Below, piece by piece: positions 56,505 to 64,000 of a stretch of DNA of 64,000 nucleotides. The stretch is taken from NCBI GenBank assembly GCA_964478235.1, contig CAYZGX010000001.1, positions 163,850-227,849 on the forward strand, given 5' to 3'. The translations under genes were made by a program, and so were the position numbers. The notes under the pieces were generated by a model. That model saw nothing but the letters and a program-made list of their open reading frames with translations. It was not told the origin of the DNA and searched no databases. Source of the stretch: an uncultured Gammaproteobacteria bacterium (GTDB lineage: Bacteria; Patescibacteriota; Patescibacteriia; Magasanikbacterales; GWA2-37-8). Within the stretch, counting starts at the first letter, position 1; the number at the start of each line of letters is the position of its first letter.

Positions 56505-57449
56505 TTAATAATTATAGCGATCATTATAACGATCTCGACGAAACACCCATTTAAGGATCAAATATAGAACAACGATACTCAGCACTGCTGCTGCCACCCG
56601 TTTTGGCTCATTATTATCAGTAATCACGAGCCAGCCTCGTTTCATTCCTTCAAAATAAGGCGCCGCTACAGCTGTATACTCTTTAAACTTGTAGTACCAA
56701 GCCTCGCCTTGGGCAATCGCTGACTTTGTTTGATTATACGCTGAGGTAATCCTGCCGGCGGTTGTTGTGATGGTTGAGGCAACATCTTCGGCCCTATTTA
56801 ACAGCTGACGGTTTTTATCCAACACTTCTTGGAAAGACGATTCGTCAGTTGTCGAAGTATTTTGCGGAGAAGCGGTGAGCATGGCCACAATTTTTTCACC
56901 CAAGACTTGTGGAGATAATTTCTTTTTTGCTCCGTCATCTACAACTTCCAAAGCAACCGACCCCAAAACAACATTGGCAATAGCCCCCGATCCAGCTGAG
57001 CCAGCAGCGGCCACCTGATCAACCGTTACTGGAGTAGCTGTTTTTGCTCCCAAAGTGAGCGGCGAGCCAGTAGAGCGGACTGTTTGTTCCAATGGAACCG
57101 TTGAAGTAGCTCCAGACAGCGTTCGTGCCAGAAGCGATTCCAATCGAGCTTGGACAGCATGCTCTCCTGAACTCGGTTGCCAGACAGCTTTAAGCTGAAC
57201 AGCCTGCTCTTTAGTCAAAGATGTAAAAGGGGTGGTGGTAATAAGCGTTTCATTGTCATAAAACCCCACCACACCATCAAGCAATGGATAGTCGTTATTA
57301 ATAACAACTGTATACAAAGTTATTGGTTGGGAAGCAGAAAAGGTTGTTGTCGAAAACCACAGACCAGTGCTTGGCACAAACCCAACAGTCGCCGCAGAAA
57401 CGGCGTTTGGGAATAAAAATAAAGCTAATACTACGAGAATACTACGCAT
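56505..57449 (-). CDS. Hypothetical secreted protein with signal peptide and C-terminal TM anchor
   Basis: Start at MRSILVVLALFLFPNAVSA, 4 nt after the upstream stop. Ser/Thr/Ala-rich body and C-terminal hydrophobic anchor AAAVLSIVVLYLILKWVF. Confidence 0.5.
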   Translation of the reverse strand: MRSILVVLALFLFPNAVSAATVGFVPSTGLWFSTTTFSASQPITLYTVVINNDYPLLDGVVGFYDNETLITTTPFTSLTKEQAVQLKAVWQPSSGEHAVQARLESLLARTLSGATSTVPLEQTVRSTGSPLTLGAKTATPVTVDQVAAAGSAGSGAIANVVLGSVALEVVDDGAKKKLSPQVLGEKIVAMLTASPQNTSTTDESSFQEVLDKNRQLLNRAEDVASTITTTAGRITSAYNQTKSAIAQGEAWYYKFKEYTAVAAPYFEGMKRGWLVITDNNEPKRVAAAVLSIVVLYLILKWVFRRDRYNDRYNY

Positions 57450-58332
57450 ACGGCTGTACCAATTGTACCAGGTCTTCATAGCGCTCGGCAATCATAACCC
57501 CAACTGCATTCAAAGCTTTTTCTTTTTCCTCAGCCCCCTGCCCTTTAGCGACAATCGCTCCGGCGTGGCCAACATTCATCCCTTCTGGAAAAAGAGTAGC
57601 AAATTTTCCACCGATATATATCGCGAGCGGCTTGGTAAATTCTTTTTTCTTAATCGCTTCAATAATTTCAAACTCATAACTTCCACCATGTTCACCAAAA
57701 ATAGCTACGACTTTTGTCGCCGCATCTTTTTCAAATAGACGAAGTAAATCAGCGTAGGTGGTCCCCATAAGTAGATCGCCACCTACATGGACAGCAGCGC
57801 TCTGACCCAAACCAGCTTGGCGCATTTGCCAAGACAACTCATTTGTCATGCCGCCAGAGCGAGAAATAACCCCCACACTTCCCGGCTGAAAAATCTTATC
57901 AACCAAAGGCCCGCCAACCACCCCGATTCTCCCCACACCCGGAACGATAAAACCAAGAGAACTCGGACCAATAATACGAATATTTTTTTCTTTAGCCGCA
58001 GCCAAACAATAGGCTGTGTCTTTAATTGGAATACGCTCTACAATAATATTAATCAATGGAATACCAGCTTCTACCGCCTCTAAAATAGCGGCTTTGGCAG
58101 CAAACGGAGGCACGTAAATCGCTGTGGTATTCACTTCTGGAAAATTTTCCAGGGCTTCGGCAACAGAATTAAAAACAGGGCGACCTTCCACTTCTTGTCC
58201 ACCTTTTTTAGGGGTCACACCACAGACCACTTGAGTATGGTATTCACTCATTGCTTTCACTGCTTTTTGCCCCTCTTTACCAGTGATACCCTGAATAAGA
58301 ACTTTTGTTTTATCAGACAATAAAATACCCAT
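57442..58332 (-). CDS. Succinyl-CoA synthetase alpha-subunit-like protein (CoA-binding plus phosphohistidine domain; SucD / CcsB / AclA N-terminal-like)
   Basis: VLIQGITGKEGQ CoA-binding motif, VISRSGGMTNE, and the phospho-His loop MNVGHAGAIV. Confidence 0.85.
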   Translation of the reverse strand: MGILLSDKTKVLIQGITGKEGQKAVKAMSEYHTQVVCGVTPKKGGQEVEGRPVFNSVAEALENFPEVNTTAIYVPPFAAKAAILEAVEAGIPLINIIVERIPIKDTAYCLAAAKEKNIRIIGPSSLGFIVPGVGRIGVVGGPLVDKIFQPGSVGVISRSGGMTNELSWQMRQAGLGQSAAVHVGGDLLMGTTYADLLRLFEKDAATKVVAIFGEHGGSYEFEIIEAIKKKEFTKPLAIYIGGKFATLFPEGMNVGHAGAIVAKGQGAEEKEKALNAVGVMIAERYEDLVQLVQPYA

Positions 58333-58333
58333 A

Positions 58334-59566
58334 CTAACGACCTAAAGAATGAAGATGGTTTTTTAAAACCTTGCTGGCCTGATCTATCTTTTTACGAAAA
58401 ACTGCTAATTGCCCTACATCATCAAGCGCCGTCTCATCAGACAGCGAGAGCATTTCCGCCAGTTCACTATCTATTTTTTTACCAAACATTTTATTAAACA
58501 AACCTTTCTGAGTAGCAAGCACTTTTTCTCTCAACTTCACATACTCGGCGTAAGCATCCTTGGCATACAATTGAGCTTCAGCGATTTTTCTTTTTTCTTG
58601 AGCTTGTTTTTTTTCTTGTTGGCGAGTGTCATAGCGTGACACAACATCACCAAGTAAAACATCGTCAGGAAAAGCTTCGGCCAAACGTTTCACCAAATGA
58701 CCGCGAACAACTTCTCCAGTTTGACTATGTAATTTTTGAATAATACTCAATAAATCATCTTTAGACTGAAGTTTACCCTGAAACCACCGACCCAAATCAG
58801 TTTTTGGCTTAAAATCAGCTAACGCATATTTTTTACCAGGCTCTGGAGTGACAATAGTTATAGTTAAATCTTCTGCTGGCACGTCAGGCACCCGAGCATC
58901 TCGCACACCGATAATCGCTCGACGATCTTGTAGTAAATCAAGCACCGAAGCCACCCCGCTACCAGCCCCAGAAGTCGGTAGTGTTATTTTATTAACATTC
59001 CCATCTTGAAGTGCGTCGATTGTCTGCAAAAGCATATCTCGGAAATGACCAGGCTGATAGACATGTTCAGAAATAAAAACTGGATCAGCCAAATGACGAT
59101 CCTGTTCACGTTTCATGCCTTCGTAATTAACCTGATCATTTTTAAGTGTAGCGAAAGACAAACCAAAACCAGACTCACGCTGTAATTGCTTTCGAGAAGC
59201 CCCCTGAACAACGAGCTCAGCCCGACTTGTCCCATCAAGCCCAGAAACAAGGGCTGTGTGAAGCACTGTCAAAACATCACCTTCACGTACCACCGCAGCA
59301 ACAGGCTCTCGACGTCCACCATCACCAACTAAACTTCGTGTGGTTTCAAAAACATAGGTGCCTGCAGGTTTTTCACCGACAAATTTCTGAAAATTACCAC
59401 CATCTCCTCGTCTTGAATATTCTATTCCCTGCCAGGTAGACGGAGAAATATCTTCACTAACCTCAAAAACACTAGTATCTTTTTTTTCAGACGAGGTAGT
59501 TTCTTTTTTTGCCTGAAATTCTTCATGAGCTTCAGGAACAAGCGGGGATTGATGTTCTCTAGGCAT
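58334..59566 (-). CDS. Hypothetical cytosolic protein (410 aa) translationally coupled between the sucC-like and sucD-like genes
   Basis: No recognised motif apart from the Gly-rich LPTSGAGSGVASVL. It lies 3 nt after the sucC-like stop and 1 nt before the sucD-like start. Confidence 0.5.
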   Translation of the reverse strand: MPREHQSPLVPEAHEEFQAKKETTSSEKKDTSVFEVSEDISPSTWQGIEYSRRGDGGNFQKFVGEKPAGTYVFETTRSLVGDGGRREPVAAVVREGDVLTVLHTALVSGLDGTSRAELVVQGASRKQLQRESGFGLSFATLKNDQVNYEGMKREQDRHLADPVFISEHVYQPGHFRDMLLQTIDALQDGNVNKITLPTSGAGSGVASVLDLLQDRRAIIGVRDARVPDVPAEDLTITIVTPEPGKKYALADFKPKTDLGRWFQGKLQSKDDLLSIIQKLHSQTGEVVRGHLVKRLAEAFPDDVLLGDVVSRYDTRQQEKKQAQEKRKIAEAQLYAKDAYAEYVKLREKVLATQKGLFNKMFGKKIDSELAEMLSLSDETALDDVGQLAVFRKKIDQASKVLKNHLHSLGR

Positions 59567-59569
59567 AGG

Positions 59570-60724
59570 CTAAACAATTAAACGAGCTAAAATACCAGCT
59601 GTATCGCTCATTGAAGTTTCTTTGCCAAAAAAATGCATCATAAGACCATTGCGCTCAGCGCACGATTTCATAAGCCGCATTCCTTCTTCTTCAAATGGAC
59701 CGGCTCGACGGATCACAATTGGATAGTTTGGTTTAATCTCATCAAGTGCGTCCACAATGCCATGAAATGTCTCGGCAATATTGGTGAAATTAGCTACTCC
59801 GCCGGCAATCCACAAACCTCGAAGCCCCGGCTTTGATAAAACAATTTTAGCCAGCTCGCGCACCTTTTCACGTGGCGGATTACCAGAATATTCCGTATAA
59901 TTTGCCGGCTTAAGACCGGCCTTAATAAGCGCATCCATATTAGCAATACTCGCTCCCCCACCAGAAAACAAAATAGCAATATCCCCGTCCATTTCAATAT
60001 ATTTACCAGCTGTTCCACGGTAATACCCCTCACCTTCATCAATCTTTTTTACTGCCACCTCTCGCTCGGTTGGCAACCGCCCCATCATGGTACGTGGCTC
60101 AAGCTGGCTCCACTCTTCATGACGATAAAAAGCATCTTCATCGAGAGCAATTTTAGCATCCGCAGCCACATACCTGCCATCGGTTGTGATAATAAGTGGA
60201 TTAATTTCAATTTGACGAGTGTCCTCGGCTAAAAAACAATTCCAGATTTTTTGAAAAATATCACTCTTTGGCAACAAAGGGCTCAACACCTCTGATACAC
60301 GAATATCAAGTGGTGCTCGGACAATTTTTTCAGCCGACACCTCTTCAATATCCATACCACCCTCACGAGAATAGAGTATCATTGGTTGCTGCGAGGTAGT
60401 GTTATAGACTATTGAAACATATTCTTCTCGAGCAATAACTATTTTTTCTTCTACAAGTGCCGAAGCAACATGCTGACCACGAATCGTAGTGGTAAAAAGC
60501 TGGTTGCACGCTCGAACAACCTCGTCAGCTGACGAACAAAAAACTATACCATTATTTTTTCCGCGCTTACCAGACAATACTTGCGCCTTAACAACCACCT
60601 CAGAGATGCCAAGCGCGCTATACAAAGAAGCAGCATCATCACCACGACGAACAACAACTCCTTTTGGGGTAGTAATACCGTATTTTTGAAGTAATTGCTT
60701 GCCTTCAAATTCGTATAAATTCAT
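59570..60724 (-). CDS. Succinyl-CoA synthetase beta-subunit-like protein (ATP-grasp; SucC / CcsA / AclB-like)
   Basis: MNLYEFEGKQLLQKYGITTP, ATP-grasp lysine VVKAQVLSGKRGK, and ligase-CoA domain SGGGASIANMDAL...WIAGGVANFTNIA. Confidence 0.85.
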   Translation of the reverse strand: MNLYEFEGKQLLQKYGITTPKGVVVRRGDDAASLYSALGISEVVVKAQVLSGKRGKNNGIVFCSSADEVVRACNQLFTTTIRGQHVASALVEEKIVIAREEYVSIVYNTTSQQPMILYSREGGMDIEEVSAEKIVRAPLDIRVSEVLSPLLPKSDIFQKIWNCFLAEDTRQIEINPLIITTDGRYVAADAKIALDEDAFYRHEEWSQLEPRTMMGRLPTEREVAVKKIDEGEGYYRGTAGKYIEMDGDIAILFSGGGASIANMDALIKAGLKPANYTEYSGNPPREKVRELAKIVLSKPGLRGLWIAGGVANFTNIAETFHGIVDALDEIKPNYPIVIRRAGPFEEEGMRLMKSCAERNGLMMHFFGKETSMSDTAGILARLIV

Positions 60725-60728
60725 ATTC

Positions 60729-61061
60729 TTAAAAATTCAAACGAAATTCCACACCATATTTAGCAAATCCAAACGACTCGTACCATGAATGGAGTTCATC
60801 TTTGCCATAACGGCTCGTACACAAAAGTTTATAGCAGGCTTGAGCACGAGCTTCGGCAATAACTTCCTCCACCAATTTGCGCCCAATCCCTTTTTTTCGA
60901 GATGACTCAACTACAAATAAGTCTTCTAACAGACCAAACGGCTCTTCGTGTAAATCGTTGTGCAAAATATACAAAAAAACCCGACCAACTACTTGGCCTT
61001 TTTCTTTGGCTTCAAATCGCACGCCACGAGCTTTGGTAACTATCTTTTTTTCAATGTTCAT
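60729..61061 (-). CDS. GNAT-family N-acetyltransferase
   Basis: 110 aa with acetyl-CoA-binding motif RKKGIGRKLVEEVIAEA. Confidence 0.75.
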   Translation of the reverse strand: MNIEKKIVTKARGVRFEAKEKGQVVGRVFLYILHNDLHEEPFGLLEDLFVVESSRKKGIGRKLVEEVIAEARAQACYKLLCTSRYGKDELHSWYESFGFAKYGVEFRLNF

Positions 61062-62026
61062 ACAAGTACTTTCTTAAATATCTCACCTAATCGTTCTTTG
61101 CTGAGACCGCCGCCATCACGTTCAAACGGATAGCCAAACATCATGTAGCGCTCTTTCAGCACCTCGACATCTCGCGTTGCCACCCCCCACTTTTTCTCTT
61201 CATAAAATCGCCGCTCTTTAGCACCCAAATCAGCGGTGTTATAAATAACAATATTAATCGATCGTGGAACATAGCGCTGGAGCGCTTCAACAAAACCAGC
61301 CATCGTAGTTGGACCAAGCTCCCCCTCCGCCTCATAACCATTACCAACCACATAAACTAGTTTCGCCTTTGATTGTTTAAGCACTTGTTTCACCTCAGGA
61401 ATAAGCAAACTCGGAATAATACTCGTATACAAACTACCTGGACCTAAAATAATATAATCAGCCTGGCGAAGTGCCTCTAAAGCAGGTTGATACGCTCTCA
61501 CTCCTTCAGGTTTTAGCCAAACACTGGTAATTGTCTTACCTCGCTCCTCTCGAGAAGGCCGGTCAATTGCCACTTCAGTGGTTTGCTCTGTGCCATCATT
61601 CAACTCAGCGTGAAGCTGGGTATTTTCCAGTGTCACTGGCAATACTGGCCCAACACATTCAAGAGCTTGCGACAAAGCCAAAAGAGCATCGGGATATTTT
61701 TTATCCGAATACTGGCTCGCTAAAATCAAAAAAAGATTTCCTAAATTATGTTGACTAAGAGCTCCAGCATCAGTAAATCTTTTTTCATAAAAAATCTGAC
61801 GCAACGTATAATAATCATATTTTGACATTGCCAAAAGCGCCCGCAAAATATCTCCCGGCGGCAGTGTAGAAAACTCTTTACGAAGTCGGCCAGATGATCC
61901 GCCCGAGTCACTCATTCCAATCACCGCTGAAACAGAAAATTGTACCCCACTTCGACGCAGCGCCAAAAGAGATACGGCCGCTCCGTTCCCCCCACCAATA
62001 ACTACTACATTTTTTACTTTGGACAT
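61058..62026 (-). CDS. YvcK / CofD-family protein (gluconeogenesis factor, UPF0052)
   Basis: VVVIGGGNGAAV and IILGPGSLYTSIIPSLL motifs. Confidence 0.8.
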   Translation of the reverse strand: MSKVKNVVVIGGGNGAAVSLLALRRSGVQFSVSAVIGMSDSGGSSGRLRKEFSTLPPGDILRALLAMSKYDYYTLRQIFYEKRFTDAGALSQHNLGNLFLILASQYSDKKYPDALLALSQALECVGPVLPVTLENTQLHAELNDGTEQTTEVAIDRPSREERGKTITSVWLKPEGVRAYQPALEALRQADYIILGPGSLYTSIIPSLLIPEVKQVLKQSKAKLVYVVGNGYEAEGELGPTTMAGFVEALQRYVPRSINIVIYNTADLGAKERRFYEEKKWGVATRDVEVLKERYMMFGYPFERDGGGLSKERLGEIFKKVLV

Positions 62027-62027
62027 A

Positions 62028-62705
62028 CTATACTAATCCTAACAAACCATATAATCGAGGGTCTGTAAGCGTTGGCACGCTGGCATCCGCTAAAGAAAAA
62101 TCACCTTTACTCCATTTTTCGTTAATAACTGCTATACAAGGAATTCCCGCTCCTTTAGCTGACAAAACGCCGTTGACCGAATCTTCTATCACCACACATT
62201 CTTCAGGTTTAAGCTCTAACAAATCCAGCGTGTAGCGATAAATTGCTGGATCTGGCTTACCAATATAATTAACATGGTCCGACGAGACTAGTTCATCAAT
62301 TTTTCCTTGCCACCCCATCCGTTCCACAATCATGGTAATACGATCAATCGAAGAACCAGAAGCAATTGCTGATTTTTTTCCTACTTTTTTAACTGCGGTA
62401 ATAAGCTCCGTTGCTCCAGGCAACGCTTGAGCTTTATAAGTGTAAATGGTCTCACTCGCCCGATTTTTTTCAGTCAAAAGCTCTTCCACCGAAGCGTTCA
62501 AACCAAATTCTTCTTTTAGAAGAGCGACGGATTCGTGCAAACTTCGCCCAGTGACTTTTTGGGCGTGTTCTGGTGTCAGGAGAATATTATATTTATTCAA
62601 AAACTCTGTCTCTGCTGTCACCCAATGCAATTCGCTATCAATGAGCGTGCCGTCCATGTCAAAAATAACTGCTTTAATACTCATACTTTTATTCAACAGT
62701 AACAC
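62028..62705 (-). CDS. HAD-superfamily hydrolase (beta-phosphoglucomutase-like)
   Basis: Motif I AVIFDMDGTLIDSE and later HAD motifs. Confidence 0.8.
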   Translation of the reverse strand: MLLLNKSMSIKAVIFDMDGTLIDSELHWVTAETEFLNKYNILLTPEHAQKVTGRSLHESVALLKEEFGLNASVEELLTEKNRASETIYTYKAQALPGATELITAVKKVGKKSAIASGSSIDRITMIVERMGWQGKIDELVSSDHVNYIGKPDPAIYRYTLDLLELKPEECVVIEDSVNGVLSAKGAGIPCIAVINEKWSKGDFSLADASVPTLTDPRLYGLLGLV

Positions 62706-64000
62706 TTTTAGCTAAATTACGGGGTCTATCAACATCTCGACCGAGCGCCACCGCCATATGATAGGCGAACAGCTGAAGTGGAATAGTGGCCACTAGCGGT
62801 TCCACCAATTCCATTGTTGGTGGAATATACACCACATCATCGGCCAATTCACGAGCCGCCTCATCACCTTCGGTGGCAATAACAATGAGCGGGGCTTTAC
62901 GAGCGCGAATTTCTTCAATATTACTACGCATTTTATCGTAAAGCTGATTTTTAGTAAGGATAGCAACCACCGGAAAATCTGGCGACAACAGAGCGATTGG
63001 TCCATGCTTCATTTCGCCTCCTGGATACGCTTCGCTATGAATATAACTTATTTCCTTTAATTTAAGTGACCCTTCTAGGGCAACTGGGTACAAACTACCC
63101 CGCCCCAAATACAAAAAATTAGGGTATTTCTTATATTTTTCAACTAATTGCTTCATGGTGTCGCTCAACCTAAGGGCGGCAGTCATTTTAGCTGGCACTT
63201 CTTGAAGGGCTTTTATCAGACGCTCTCCGGTTGCGAGCGACACTCGACGAGTTCGCCCAAATTGCAAAGCATACATCAAAAGCACCGCTATCATATTAGT
63301 ATACGCCTTTGTTGAGGCGACGGCGAGCTCTGGACCAGCGTGGATATAGGTACCACCATCAGTCTCGCGAGCAATAGTAGAACCGACGACATTCACCACC
63401 CCGCGCACAAAAGCCCCTTTTCGCTTGGCTTCACGGAGAGCAGCCAAGGTGTCAGCTGTTTCACCCGACTGGGACACTCCAAAAACAAGGGTGTGTTTAT
63501 CAATAATCGGATCACTATAGCGAAACTCACTAGCGATTTCCACTGTTGTCGGAATACCAGCTAGCCGCTCAAAAGCATACTTCCCCACCAACGACGCATA
63601 CGAAGCTGTCCCGCAGGCAATAAGGATAATTCGATTCACCTGATGCATTTCCTCTTCGGTCATATTAAGACCGCCCAAATGAGCTGTACCATCTTTTTCA
63701 ACCAGTCGCCCGCGCATTGCATCTTGGATAACGGTTGGCTGGTCAAAAATCTCTTTTAACATAAAATGTGGGAAACCGTTTTTTTCTGCTTCCGCTTCAT
63801 TCCAAGTTATATGCTCCGCTTGTTTAGTAATTTTTTCATCTTTAAGGTTAGTTATGTCTGCTCGATCAGGTGTAATAATTGCAATTTCTCCATCATCAAG
63901 AAAAATAACATTTTGAGTATAAGCGAGCATCGGCGAGGTATCAGACGCAACATAATATTCTTTTTCACCGACTCCGATCACCAACGGACTGCCTAAACGG
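62689..64000 (-). CDS. glmS: Glutamine--fructose-6-phosphate aminotransferase (isomerising), C-terminal two-thirds; N-terminus beyond the window end
   Basis: Two SIS domains and the characteristic C-terminus NLAKSVTVE. The reading frame is open through position 64000. Confidence 0.9.
   Translation of the reverse strand, partial: RLGSPLVIGVGEKEYYVASDTSPMLAYTQNVIFLDDGEIAIITPDRADITNLKDEKITKQAEHITWNEAEAEKNGFPHFMLKEIFDQPTVIQDAMRGRLVEKDGTAHLGGLNMTEEEMHQVNRIILIACGTASYASLVGKYAFERLAGIPTTVEIASEFRYSDPIIDKHTLVFGVSQSGETADTLAALREAKRKGAFVRGVVNVVGSTIARETDGGTYIHAGPELAVASTKAYTNMIAVLLMYALQFGRTRRVSLATGERLIKALQEVPAKMTAALRLSDTMKQLVEKYKKYPNFLYLGRGSLYPVALEGSLKLKEISYIHSEAYPGGEMKHGPIALLSPDFPVVAILTKNQLYDKMRSNIEEIRARKAPLIVIATEGDEAARELADDVVYIPPTMELVEPLVATIPLQLFAYHMAVALGRDVDRPRNLAKSVTVE

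Noticed and set aside
1-64000. Alternative genetic code (UGA = Gly, as in some candidate-phyla lineages)
   Set aside because: Long conserved genes (uvrA, gyrA, ftsH, thrS) are intact and full-length under the standard code, and genes end at TGA as well as TAA/TAG in appropriate places.
1-64000. CRISPR arrays, rRNA genes, transposases/integrases, prophage structural genes
   Set aside because: No regularly spaced direct repeats with spacers and no rRNA-like conserved blocks. No ORF shows transposase DDE/integrase motifs. The Com-like ORF is isolated, with no other phage genes nearby.

Overview
This is a densely coded bacterial window of about 45-47% GC, readable with the standard code 11 (long intact ORFs, TAA/TAG/TGA stops). 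Gene content and architecture look like a small-genome, Gram-positive-like / candidate-phyla-radiation type bacterium; this is an inference from streamlined housekeeping genes, membrane-anchored binding proteins, a FemAB-type gene and many GT4 genes. Housekeeping genes identified are mltG (partial), gmk, rplS, uvrA, secG, RNase J, nrdD/nrdG, miaA, thrS, pilB, ftsH, rpsA, gyrA, tkt, rsmE, rpmF, nusB, rnc, gpsA and glmS (partial). Five tRNAs are present: Ile-UAU, Leu-CAG, Arg-CCG, Lys-CUU and Arg-UCG. A type-A RNase P RNA lies on the minus strand in the nrdG/sugar-transferase gap, which the ORF track does not cover. Several sigma70-like promoters share the form TTGACA-N17-(TGc)TATACT, and there are several bidirectional intrinsic terminators. 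Accessory or unusual content is as follows. (i) The class III ribonucleotide reductase nrdD is split from its glycyl-radical domain by a 104-nt segment flanked by GAAAAC direct repeats. (ii) A minus-strand operon carries SucC-like and SucD-like subunits plus a stand-alone citrate-synthase C-terminal domain protein (a citryl-CoA synthetase/lyase or ATP-citrate-lyase-like gene set), interleaved with two unknown genes. (iii) A non-canonical Nramp transporter is paired with a transmembrane-less MgtE-N/CBS sensor protein. (iv) A cysteine-rich secreted protein sits next to a membrane DsbA-like oxidoreductase. (v) An envelope glycosylation island (WbaP-like gene plus three GT4 genes) is followed by two large membrane-anchored surface proteins. 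(vi) A putative T-box leader precedes thrS. (vii) A Com-like zinc-ribbon ORF precedes nrdD. (viii) A 29-aa Lys-rich micro-ORF has a perfect Shine-Dalgarno sequence. No CRISPR array, rRNA or obvious transposase was seen.
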